DNA of 37,392 bases from the IMG/VR virus record IMGVR_UViG_3300025103_000064, positions 1 to 37,392 of that record; one strand, 5' to 3'. Made by a program: the position numbers and the translations under genes. Below, in pieces: positions 7,635-17,196 of the stretch; positions within the stretch are counted from its first letter, which is position 1; each line of letters opens with the position of its first letter. The notes below the pieces were generated by a model that saw nothing but the letters and a program-made list of their open reading frames with translations, did no database searches and was not told the origin of the DNA. The stretch comes from a virus. Lineage: Duplodnaviria; Caudoviricetes.

Positions 7635-7815
7635 CTTTAAGTGCAAAGGCTGTAGTACAAGTTGGATAAAGCCTGTGAATGTTTTTGTTCGCAGGCCACA
7701 TCCGGCCATTGCAGCACTTGTACCTGCATATGAATATGAAATATGCAAGAAGTGTGCCATTAAAGAAATGGGATCTAAAAATAAAAAGAGAAAGTGGTTT
7801 TTTAATGAAGACTAA
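7588..7815 (+). CDS. small zinc-finger protein
   Basis: TTG start after GGAG; CKGC...CKKC. Confidence 0.6.
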   Translation: MKNLPTLSNQNQKRASFKCKGCSTSWIKPVNVFVRRPHPAIAALVPAYEYEICKKCAIKEMGSKNKKRKWFFNED

Positions 7816-8125
7816 GGAGCAAATAAAGGAGTGTTTAGAAAAGGAATACAATGATCGTGATGGAACTAAGCCTATGGATGAAATGGATTGGGCTAATAAT
7901 CAAGGGTGGATAGAAGCACTAGAGTTCGCACTCGATATAGATGTAAATATCAGGGAACAACAATCTAGAAAAGAGCGTGTAAATAATATACTTTTAACAG
8001 ATAAAGAAAGGGACACTATCATTGGAAACACAATCAAAAGAGTACAACGTGAAAATCAGTCACTCATTGACGATGAAGATAGCAAGCCTTGTAGCGTATG
8101 CACTTGTGGGGTCAACTGCTCATAA
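7805..8125 (+). CDS. hypothetical protein (likely start 7805, MKTKEQIK)
   Basis: ATG overlaps the previous ORF end; MKT.EQI...NQGWIEALEFAL is a common small-phage-protein pattern; C-terminal CSVCTC..NC. Confidence 0.65.
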   Translation: MKTKEQIKECLEKEYNDRDGTKPMDEMDWANNQGWIEALEFALDIDVNIREQQSRKERVNNILLTDKERDTIIGNTIKRVQRENQSLIDDEDSKPCSVCTCGVNCS

Positions 8126-8199
8126 GGATTTTAATAAATTGTTAGTAGAAAAAGAAGCCATTGACATTCAGTCGTGGTTAATGAAGATAAAGGAGTAGA

Positions 8200-8415
8200 A
8201 TGGAAGATGATATAAGAGAGATCAATGGCAAGGCATTGCATTGGAAAATAAATGAAGCTACAATAATATTCCAATGGTTGATGTCTATAAGAGAAGATAT
8301 AAACAAAAATATGCCAGAAGAATCTGAAATATTCGAATTGCTTGGGTCAGTCAATACATGGCTTAACCCAAGGAGAGAGTACCGAGAATCAGTAACCTTA
8401 AATATAGAGGAATAA
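8200..8415 (+). CDS. hypothetical protein (71 aa)
   Basis: AAGGAG RBS at 8190-8195. Confidence 0.7.
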   Translation: MEDDIREINGKALHWKINEATIIFQWLMSIREDINKNMPEESEIFELLGSVNTWLNPRREYRESVTLNIEE

Positions 8416-8418
8416 GAG

Positions 8419-8757
8419 ATGGGTACTCCTAAAAGCGGAAAAGCTAAAGGTAGGAGACTTCAGAACCACGTAAGAGACGCATTAATTGATGCATTTGGAT
8501 CCCTTTCACCGGATGATATCAAGTCTCAAACGATGGGTATGCCGGGGGAAGACATTGTTCTTTCCCCTGCAGCGAAGCAAGCAATACGATATAGCTTTGA
8601 ATGCAAAAACCAAGAGAGATTAAGCCTGTGGGATAGTATAGATCAGGCAAAGACTAATGCAGAAGATCGTGTTCCTGTATTAGTAATTAAAAAGAACAGA
8701 AGGGGCGCTTACGCCGTACTTAACTTTGAATCGTTTATAGATCTAATTAAGGAATAG
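8419..8757 (+). CDS. PD-(D/E)xK nuclease, Holliday junction resolvase-like
   Basis: KAKGRRLQNHVRD, GEDI, SFECKNQERLSLW, QA...A.DRVPVLVIKKNR. Confidence 0.85.
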   Translation: MGTPKSGKAKGRRLQNHVRDALIDAFGSLSPDDIKSQTMGMPGEDIVLSPAAKQAIRYSFECKNQERLSLWDSIDQAKTNAEDRVPVLVIKKNRRGAYAVLNFESFIDLIKE

Positions 8758-8895
8758 ATGAACTACAAACAAGAGGAAATAGATAGTCCAGAAGAGCTAT
8801 TAAAGATGCTCGTAAAAGAAATAAGGATTATATCTACAAAAATACAAGATATGGAGAAACAAGCAGACCGTATGATCAGGAAAGAACTATATTAA
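8758..8895 (+). CDS. small coiled-coil protein (45 aa, not in ORF track)
   Basis: ATG immediately after the resolvase TAG; AAGGA RBS; its TAA overlaps the stop of the convergent - strand gene. Confidence 0.55.
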   Translation: MNYKQEEIDSPEELLKMLVKEIRIISTKIQDMEKQADRMIRKELY

Positions 8896-11800
8896 TCAAC
8901 ACTTAGAGCTTTCTGAACTTCTTCTGCAATAACTCCTACAGGCTTAGCGACAAGCCTTAATGGTAATATTAGCGCTTGTCCTAAGTCTTCCTTTTGATAC
9001 ATCTCAATAAAAATATTTACAAACATAGGTAGAAACATTCTATATGTTTCCTGAAATACCTTTTCCTCCTCATCATCATCAAAGAAATCAAAGATAGTAC
9101 CAATTGAGAATAATGTTTGAAGCGCTGCTTGAATCATAACTGATGATCCACCCCTAACAGCTGGGCCAATTCCTTGACCAGTTATTCCCCTTATTACATT
9201 ATATATACCTCTATATACACCACTAAGGAAAGGTATTTGAACATGAGATAGACTACCTGCTATAGCCCATAAAGCTCTAGTAGTCAGGAATCTTTTCATT
9301 CTCATCTCAACCCTAGACTTAGGTATATAGTTGGGATTAAATAACTTAGCATACTCTATCTTCCTTTGAGCAGCACTTAAATGAGATTTACTTTTTCTAT
9401 AAGTATCAATATATTTCCATTCAGCACGCATTTGATGCCATTGATATGGTTTGAATTTCCAAAGTGTTTGACCTATAGCTCCCCTGAACATCTTACTCAA
9501 GAATTGCTGAGACATACCAAACATAGTAGCATTAACCATTTCTCTACCTGCTTCTAATGCAAGTGGATGCAGCAATGGGCTGTCATATTTATCAGACCAA
9601 TTCTCTGGAACTACACCATTTTGCCAAGCTAAGTATGCTCCAGTAAGAGCAGCCTCTTCACGCATCTTAATCTCAACTCCTGTAAATGCTAATAATTTAT
9701 CAGCACCTATCTTTCTAAACATTCCATGAAGTATACCCCCACCAAGACCCCATGTAGTCCACTGTCGAACTAAATCATCAGATATAACCCCAGACGTCTT
9801 TTCTATTAAAGCTTTTCTTTCCTTCTCTGTGAAATGTTTATTCTGGCCCTTCTTATCAACCACTCCATTAGTGATCTCCCATATACCTTCCATAACATCA
9901 TCAAATTTAGCTGCAGCTGCTACTGAATCTAATCCTAAATCTTTTGTAGCTTCTGCAATCCATGTCTGCCAATGATTACTCTTCCTAACTTTAGCCATCC
10001 ATTTTTGCTTACTAAGCTTAATGCCAACCCAATCCCTCATGGTTATAAAACCAGTCATTCCAGTCATCTTAGAGTTTGCGCTACCAACTAAAGCATCACC
10101 AATAGCGATCATAACATCTGTAACACCTGACTCTTTTGCAACTCTTTCAGACAAGGTAGGATCTAATTCATTTAGATCTTCTAAGTCAATCTCTAGAGCT
10201 GCCATAACTTCTGCATATGTATTAAGCCTCTGAAAATTATTATTCAGCGCTGAACCCATTTGAAGTGAACTACCAGATATAATTGAGCTAAGTGTATGCA
10301 ATGGTTTATATAGCATATTAGAAGTCACTGTAATATTCTTAAAGATAGGGACCTTTCTAAGGTTACGTTGTATTTTATTCGCTACATGCTCAGTGCCGTA
10401 GTTTAGCCCCATAAAACCAGCAGATGCATCATGTCTACCCATGGTAGCTTTAGTCTGATCTACTATATAATCACGAACAGGTTTATCAACAGCCAATGAA
10501 GATTCCAATAGAGATAACTTTAAGTGATTTTGATTCATTTGCTTTGTTATATTCTCAGCATATTCAAGGAATACATTAAAATCTAATCTTCTACCAGCAT
10601 GTATTTCTATCCCAGTTTCTTTGTGATATATTGGGAACGGAGATAGTAATCCAGATCTCTGCTTAGCATATTTAATTACATCTTGTAATCCCATGGGGAC
10701 GGCTTCATGCTTTTCTTTTAGAGCTAAAGCAATATCCCGTTTTTCAACAGCAACATCAAGCATATCTTGCTTATCTTCCATATTTGAATGCGCTAATATT
10801 GCAGCAGGTGAAGAGGCTCCTTCTTGTTCAACTAACCTATTGTATTTAGCCTGAGCAGTTCGTAAATTAGAATCAGCAAATACTATATTCTTAGAAAATG
10901 CTCTTAAGCTATCATGCAATGCAAACATCCAAGTACTATAGTCGTTCCTTTCACCCATAATTTTAAATGCAGATACAACAACACCTTCTTTAACCCAGGT
11001 ATTATTGTTTACATCTAATCCCATTATCTCATTAATTACGGCATCTAATTCTTTCTTGGTAAACTTTTCTCCAAGCCTAGTTTTAGTAACAATCCTATTC
11101 AATTCTTTATTAGCTTTAGATGCAGAATTATTTTCCTCAAGGAATACTTGCTTTAATATCTTTCTCATAGAATCTACAAAGTCATAAAATTCTTGAGGCA
11201 ATGTTTCTTCTTCGGTCAAGCCATCAACATCAGGGTATCTAGAGTCTTCACTACTCAATACAAAACCACCATAAGCTTGAGTGTCTATATCCTGTCTTTG
11301 GCCCTTTTTATTTATTTTGTAGCCAGACAGTTGTTCATTAGCAGTAGCACTGTACCAACCCTCTTGCATGCTACCAGCTACCTGCGCACCAGCTTCATTA
11401 ATAGTGGGAGCTAACCTTCTTGAGGTTCTTGGAGTTCCATCAGCATTTTTAGCTCCAAGGAACCATTCAAACCACACTTCCTGCCTATCAGTACGATTAG
11501 GTGGTTGAGCTATGCCTGTAAAGGTAGTTCCACCTTCTTGAGTATATGTTTGCATTGGAACTTCATAAGCTCTCCATACAATCCTTCCGTCAATTTCTTT
11601 CCTAATTGGTATATATGCAAATTCTTCTTTAGTTTGAGGGTTAATGTATGTCTGTATATGACCACCCTTAAAGATATGATTAGTATGAGCCATATCTAAT
11701 AGCTTAAATATTTCTTTCTCATCCTCAGCAAATTCCTTTGTCTTGGCAGGCTTACCATTAATAGAAGTGAATAATGCAGTAGGTACAATACGCCTAGTCT

Positions 11801-12647
11801 GTCCATCTAATATACGATGAGCTAGTGAAACTAGGTTGGCCATTGTGCCAGTCCTTCTTTCCTCTTTGGATTTTGTTATAACTCTTTCGCCATCAGCATT
11901 AACATCATCAACATTATATGCATAATTATTGTATGACACATATTGATTTAGTTTAGAGAAACTAATTTTCATTCTATCTTTAAAGTAGTTTGCATCTGAG
12001 GAAGATTTAGACAGGAAGTCTTTAGTATCTTGAACAAACTTAACCGCCCATCCACTTTGGTCAAGTTCAGCCATTGCCATTACAGGGTCCATAACCTGAT
12101 CTTGCCACCAGCTTAAATCACCTGGCTTATATCTCTTGAATAATTTAGCAAGCATACTTGTTTTCGCTTTGCCTGCAGACTTAGCCTGCCTTTTAAATAT
12201 ATCTACTAAATCATTACCTATTGATATCAAATCTTCTGCAGATAGCTGATTAAGATGGCCAAATGCACCATACCTCTTCTTCAATAGATCTTTAATAGCA
12301 TTTAATTGGATATTAATATCCAAATCTACAATTGCACCTTCTGATAGGAAGTCATCAATTTGATCAACTAGCAACTCTCTTACAGTAGATAATGCTTTGA
12401 ATTTTAAAGGGTATTGTTTGAGGTCATTATCTGATTTAATAATCTCATACTGAATGCTTTTAAGCTCTCTCTTTAACCTAGTCTTTTCTTTGAAGTCTTT
12501 AGCCTTTTTGAGATCCATCTTTAAATCTCTTTGCTTTCTCTTCTTGTTTTTATTGTCATCCTCGATAAGACTTCGATTGTTTATAATATTACCAAAGATC
12601 TGATTAAAACTAGCTTTTATTCTAGGTCTATTTACACTACACGCCAC
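8892..12647 (-). CDS. large internal virion/ejection protein (1251 aa)
   Basis: GTG start with GAGGGG RBS, overlapping the RNAP stop; helical, Cys-poor; C-terminal region with MFG.......FK.Y pattern and hydrophobic helices typical of podovirus ejection proteins. Confidence 0.7.
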   Translation of the reverse strand: MACSVNRPRIKASFNQIFGNIINNRSLIEDDNKNKKRKQRDLKMDLKKAKDFKEKTRLKRELKSIQYEIIKSDNDLKQYPLKFKALSTVRELLVDQIDDFLSEGAIVDLDINIQLNAIKDLLKKRYGAFGHLNQLSAEDLISIGNDLVDIFKRQAKSAGKAKTSMLAKLFKRYKPGDLSWWQDQVMDPVMAMAELDQSGWAVKFVQDTKDFLSKSSSDANYFKDRMKISFSKLNQYVSYNNYAYNVDDVNADGERVITKSKEERRTGTMANLVSLAHRILDGQTRRIVPTALFTSINGKPAKTKEFAEDEKEIFKLLDMAHTNHIFKGGHIQTYINPQTKEEFAYIPIRKEIDGRIVWRAYEVPMQTYTQEGGTTFTGIAQPPNRTDRQEVWFEWFLGAKNADGTPRTSRRLAPTINEAGAQVAGSMQEGWYSATANEQLSGYKINKKGQRQDIDTQAYGGFVLSSEDSRYPDVDGLTEEETLPQEFYDFVDSMRKILKQVFLEENNSASKANKELNRIVTKTRLGEKFTKKELDAVINEIMGLDVNNNTWVKEGVVVSAFKIMGERNDYSTWMFALHDSLRAFSKNIVFADSNLRTAQAKYNRLVEQEGASSPAAILAHSNMEDKQDMLDVAVEKRDIALALKEKHEAVPMGLQDVIKYAKQRSGLLSPFPIYHKETGIEIHAGRRLDFNVFLEYAENITKQMNQNHLKLSLLESSLAVDKPVRDYIVDQTKATMGRHDASAGFMGLNYGTEHVANKIQRNLRKVPIFKNITVTSNMLYKPLHTLSSIISGSSLQMGSALNNNFQRLNTYAEVMAALEIDLEDLNELDPTLSERVAKESGVTDVMIAIGDALVGSANSKMTGMTGFITMRDWVGIKLSKQKWMAKVRKSNHWQTWIAEATKDLGLDSVAAAAKFDDVMEGIWEITNGVVDKKGQNKHFTEKERKALIEKTSGVISDDLVRQWTTWGLGGGILHGMFRKIGADKLLAFTGVEIKMREEAALTGAYLAWQNGVVPENWSDKYDSPLLHPLALEAGREMVNATMFGMSQQFLSKMFRGAIGQTLWKFKPYQWHQMRAEWKYIDTYRKSKSHLSAAQRKIEYAKLFNPNYIPKSRVEMRMKRFLTTRALWAIAGSLSHVQIPFLSGVYRGIYNVIRGITGQGIGPAVRGGSSVMIQAALQTLFSIGTIFDFFDDDEEEKVFQETYRMFLPMFVNIFIEMYQKEDLGQALILPLRLVAKPVGVIAEEVQKALSVD

Positions 12648-15600
12648 TACAAGGCCCCTCTCTATCAGTTAACATTCCAAGGACATCATCTCTATCACTA
12701 ACCAGCCTTTCATTTACCGCTTTTGAATCATATTTATTGAAAGTCTGCCCCTTAGCATTTGTCTCTTTATAATATTGTATATCTTCCTGTTTTTGCTTGT
12801 ACACTTTGTATACACCTTCATGAAGAACAGGTAATGGAGGTAACTGCTTAATGTTTATAGCTGAAGCATCTCCTTCTGCATCTAATATAGCTACTCTATT
12901 TAATATAGAAACTGTAACTGCAGCAGAGAATCCTTCTCCATACTTTTCTACATTCTTCCCAAGCTGAAACTCCATAGCAGATGTTAATGCTAACAAATCT
13001 GCATCATAATTTACAGAATTTTGCGTATATACTCCACCTAGATTCTTTATAATACCCCAGTACTTATTCATTAAGTCAATAGCAAAAGCCTCAGCTTTAG
13101 TTACTGCCTCGGAACTAAGGCCATATCCTTGATTCATAGCCCATGTAGCAGCGTCTCTAGCTGCAATAAGGTGTGCGTTGTTATCTAACTCTTCACTCCA
13201 CTCCATTGGAGACTGCTGTCCATCTTCTCCAAACTTCTTCCTCAATTGAGTTATCGGGTTTAAAAGCAACTCTTCTTCATAGGTGAGTATTTTATTCATG
13301 CTAATGTCACTAATCTTTAGAGATATCTCTTTAGTTTTCCCATTGATAATTTCTTTATCAGCCATTAATGACTCTGCTTGACCCTCTGCACTTAAATCAA
13401 AAAATGCATGTAGATTTGTAAGCTTATAGTATATCTGATCAATACTCATCTTATTACCAACACCATCTCTACCCTTCTTTAATGCAGAAAAGCTAAAGTT
13501 GTCTAATAGGCCCGGTAAATACTTACCTCCTACTCTACGACCTTTTAACAAGCTAACATGACCATTGGTTAACTCACCTCCCTCGATATTGAATATTCTT
13601 TCATATATCCATGATGGCTTTTCATAACCCCACTTAGTCGTAAGGATTGTATTCTTAGGGTGATCTACTGCAGCATTAACAATAAGCAGCATCTCATGCT
13701 CAGCAGTAGTCTTTAAATATCTCTTGCCATTAACAACTACAATGCTAGCCCATGTCCAGCCCATCTCATGCAATATATCAGTAGTAAGAGGCACCATCAC
13801 TTTTTTACCCTTACTATTAAAGCGTTCAACTTTATCTTCTAATGGCGCATAGTCCATAACAGACATATCATCTGGTTTTTTAGGTGTAAGAGTAACAACA
13901 TTACCATTCTTTTCAGTGAACTCAATGCTATTAAAGTGCTTAGATAAGGTGAATAGCAAGTTTTTAGCATTAGTCATAATCCCTTGAGTATAATGCCCCT
14001 TAACTGTATCTGACATATCTTGCAATGTGCCTGAGAAACTAGCTAAAGAGCTAGACTCTGATACCTCAAATATATCAAGCTCTGAAGATTTCTTTCTTTG
14101 CTCTTTAAAGAACACGCTGTTCTGGAACTTCTCGAATGCTTTTGCTTGCTTGTCTGTTAACAATACAACTCCAGCCTCATCAATATCAAAGTCACCAACT
14201 AGTCTTGTATATACATCTAATGGGTGGTGATATATAGCATTCCCCTCGTCTTCAACGAACTCTAAAATCCTTCGTGACTCTACTGCATTAATACTAACAA
14301 TCGGAGCTCTGTAATCATAAACACTTATTGGATTAGCCTTTAATTCAGTATTGACCAGCTTAATTTGCTGGCTCTTGTTTGCTGAATCAAACCCTTGAGG
14401 TAACATCTTTTTCGCTTTCATAATCTTAACTATCTTATTATATATAGCATGATTATCTGCAGATAAGATAACCCCTTGAGGAACACCATTTTCATCAAGT
14501 CCTATTCTTCCTGGGTCTGGTTTAAGGATATAGTGGCTACCTACCTGACCTTTAGCACTCTTAAGCATACGGGGATCAGTGGTCCGTGCCTGGGTAGCGC
14601 CCTTATTAAATATCAAATTAGTCAATAAAGATTCAAACAATGCTCTAAACTCAGGAGAGTTAATACCAATACCATCTAACACTGTAAGTTTATCTGCAAT
14701 GTGATTCTTTTGTACATTCTTCTCAGCAAAAATATACCCAATAAGTTTACGCATCTTATTAGGATCCTCTACCGCATCCAATAAAGAGTTGATATACTCA
14801 CTAGACTGATCTAATAGCATATCTGTAAAGAATCTACCAAACTCATCTATAACATCCTGATGAGCATCACTGGTATAGCTAAGCACATTTAAATATTGTG
14901 TAGCATTAAATACATTCCCAGCTGATCTTGCATGAGGAGCTATCACAAGTCTCCTTGAGGTATTAGGTAATGAGAATGAATGAGATGTTCTGCCAGTTAA
15001 ATCATACTCTCCAGTATTAGTCTTAACAGCATCCTTATCACTTATCATATCTACAGGGGTATATCTTCCATCCTGAACTTTGAATATTCTAACCTGATCA
15101 CCCTCTTTAATAATGTCAGCTACTATATTATCAACAACATCAGGGTCTTTGCCTTTCTTAACAATCTTAAGTCCAGCAATACCTACTTGCTCTGAATGCT
15201 TCATCTCTATATAGTTCTCACCATCCTCAGAGAGCTCTACAAGTACAGTCTTAATTTCTCTTAAATTATGCTCATTCTCATATACTGCAAATACTCCATA
15301 GCCATCTGCAGTTGCATCTGCAAACTCAGTAGATATAAATGATATACCATCAGCCCAGTTCTTAGGGTTAACTAGTCCAGGTAATTTTGATATATTCTCA
15401 ATCTTCTCGCCATTATAATATACATCCACATTCTCGTGATCATAAATCAAATGGTTAGAGTCTCTTGCATCAGGGTTAATTAAGCCCTTAGTTACTGATA
15501 GCCTAGACCTATTAAAGTTATGTCTAGTTCCCTTCTCTAGATAGCCATTGCCGCGCACTGCCTTCCACCATTCATGCTTAGCTATGATACCAGCCATGTG

Positions 15601-17196
15601 TTGCCAGCCAGGATAAGCTCTTCTACCATTAATCTTAGGTATATCTTTTAAGCTGCCTATAAATTCATTCTTAACATTGCTGTCTTGAGTTTGAGTCTCA
15701 ATGTACTTTTGAAAGTTATTAAATGCTAGTATATCTGCAACCTGTAATGCCTTGATATAAACTATAGCTCTATTCATTAACTCTCTAGTATTCTCTGTAA
15801 TTGCAACGCCCTCAGTCTTTGCAACGAATCCACCCTTACCATCTATCTTGATAAGTCCCTCAAGCTCCTTGTCTGTTATCTTCCTAAACATTGTATCGAG
15901 CTTAGTAAATATAGAAGTCTTGCTACCAGCTAGCTCATTCATAAACCATTTAGGTAGCTTCATCTTCTTGAATGCAGCCAATAACTCTTTCTCTGTCAAT
16001 AATTCTGTTACATGCTCCCCTAATACTTCAGTAATTATAAAGTTACCCTTATCACCAGCACTCATGCCAACTAGAACTTGTGGCATTAATTGAGTTTTAG
16101 ACCTTTGACCCATAAGGCTTACAGCCCAGCTATTAAGCATGCTAGGGGATATCTCAGACAATACATCCTTTGCAAACCAAGTACTTCCTGCCTTAACAAT
16201 TTCCTTTAAGTCACTTAATGTCATGTACTTAGTAACTTCACCTACTCTTATACCTCTGACTTGAGTCTTTAGACCATCTATAAAGTTGGTATTTAACCAT
16301 TCAGGGTTATCTATTTTGGTAGAGAGATTGAATGGGAGTATAGTTTGAAACATCTTTATAACTTTATTAGCAGTCATAGCAGTAGCTAGCTTCTCTTTAA
16401 CTATAGATAAGACTCCTTTTGACTCACGCATTAAACTAGCTAGCTTCCCTCTGCTAATATTAGTATATGTAAGTTGAACCCGCTCATTAGATTTAATCTT
16501 ATTAATGCCCTGATTTACAACCCAGAATGCTTTTATTTTTCTAAAGTTGTTTAATGCATCTTTTAATTCTCTCTCAGTATATGCTTCATTAGTCTCTGGG
16601 TTTATATCAACACCAGCAGTAATGCCTTCAATGTCATTCTTATCTAATATTATTGCATTAAAATTATTCTCTGTCCAATCCCAGAAGTCAACAAAAGGCA
16701 AACTGCGAACCTTATTATATACTTTTGCAATATCCTTTTCGGGTAAAATCTCTCCAACTAAGTCAAAGAATAATCCATCATATACCTTGGGCCCACCATC
16801 ACCAACCCTAATGCTAGGAGAATTATTATCATCTCCGCTATAATTACCCTGCTCATCTGACTCCTCTACAACCTCTATCTTCTTTTCAATTGCAAACAAC
16901 TCATGAATAGCACTTAAGTTATAGGTTTCAGTCCCAGCTTGAGCTAAAGATAAATCAACCTCCTCTGTAATAAAGCTTTCACCCAAGCCTTTTCCTGGGA
17001 ATGCTTTCATTGCAGCCTCATTAAGGAGCTCTATATCTGTTATATGAAATCCATCAGTGCTTCTTATACGATGCCTGAGCATTTGTAATGCACTAAGAGG
17101 ATCATCTGAATAGTTCTTTAGATAATCTTGCAATTGAGACTTTAGCTCATCAACTACACCTTCCCTAGTTGTAGGACATACTCCATTAAACCCCAT
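12637..17196 (-). CDS. virion-encapsidated two-barrel RNA polymerase, crAss-like/RdRP-related (likely start 17196, 1519 aa)
   Basis: YRAP...RLVGDFDID catalytic motif (nt 14179-14193); WADGISFIS, EIKT and MKHS beta-like motifs; NAAVDHPK; located in the ejection-protein cluster; TAATG coupling with a GGAGAGG RBS. Confidence 0.85.
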   Translation of the reverse strand: MGFNGVCPTTREGVVDELKSQLQDYLKNYSDDPLSALQMLRHRIRSTDGFHITDIELLNEAAMKAFPGKGLGESFITEEVDLSLAQAGTETYNLSAIHELFAIEKKIEVVEESDEQGNYSGDDNNSPSIRVGDGGPKVYDGLFFDLVGEILPEKDIAKVYNKVRSLPFVDFWDWTENNFNAIILDKNDIEGITAGVDINPETNEAYTERELKDALNNFRKIKAFWVVNQGINKIKSNERVQLTYTNISRGKLASLMRESKGVLSIVKEKLATAMTANKVIKMFQTILPFNLSTKIDNPEWLNTNFIDGLKTQVRGIRVGEVTKYMTLSDLKEIVKAGSTWFAKDVLSEISPSMLNSWAVSLMGQRSKTQLMPQVLVGMSAGDKGNFIITEVLGEHVTELLTEKELLAAFKKMKLPKWFMNELAGSKTSIFTKLDTMFRKITDKELEGLIKIDGKGGFVAKTEGVAITENTRELMNRAIVYIKALQVADILAFNNFQKYIETQTQDSNVKNEFIGSLKDIPKINGRRAYPGWQHMAGIIAKHEWWKAVRGNGYLEKGTRHNFNRSRLSVTKGLINPDARDSNHLIYDHENVDVYYNGEKIENISKLPGLVNPKNWADGISFISTEFADATADGYGVFAVYENEHNLREIKTVLVELSEDGENYIEMKHSEQVGIAGLKIVKKGKDPDVVDNIVADIIKEGDQVRIFKVQDGRYTPVDMISDKDAVKTNTGEYDLTGRTSHSFSLPNTSRRLVIAPHARSAGNVFNATQYLNVLSYTSDAHQDVIDEFGRFFTDMLLDQSSEYINSLLDAVEDPNKMRKLIGYIFAEKNVQKNHIADKLTVLDGIGINSPEFRALFESLLTNLIFNKGATQARTTDPRMLKSAKGQVGSHYILKPDPGRIGLDENGVPQGVILSADNHAIYNKIVKIMKAKKMLPQGFDSANKSQQIKLVNTELKANPISVYDYRAPIVSINAVESRRILEFVEDEGNAIYHHPLDVYTRLVGDFDIDEAGVVLLTDKQAKAFEKFQNSVFFKEQRKKSSELDIFEVSESSSLASFSGTLQDMSDTVKGHYTQGIMTNAKNLLFTLSKHFNSIEFTEKNGNVVTLTPKKPDDMSVMDYAPLEDKVERFNSKGKKVMVPLTTDILHEMGWTWASIVVVNGKRYLKTTAEHEMLLIVNAAVDHPKNTILTTKWGYEKPSWIYERIFNIEGGELTNGHVSLLKGRRVGGKYLPGLLDNFSFSALKKGRDGVGNKMSIDQIYYKLTNLHAFFDLSAEGQAESLMADKEIINGKTKEISLKISDISMNKILTYEEELLLNPITQLRKKFGEDGQQSPMEWSEELDNNAHLIAARDAATWAMNQGYGLSSEAVTKAEAFAIDLMNKYWGIIKNLGGVYTQNSVNYDADLLALTSAMEFQLGKNVEKYGEGFSAAVTVSILNRVAILDAEGDASAINIKQLPPLPVLHEGVYKVYKQKQEDIQYYKETNAKGQTFNKYDSKAVNERLVSDRDDVLGMLTDREGPCSGV

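Noticed and set aside
8073-8198. Possible 41 aa ORF (MKIASLVAYALVGSTAHKDF...) and a TTGACA hexamer at 8161
   Set aside because: No clear RBS and a long overlap with the upstream gene; TTGACA lacks a matching -10 at 17 bp.
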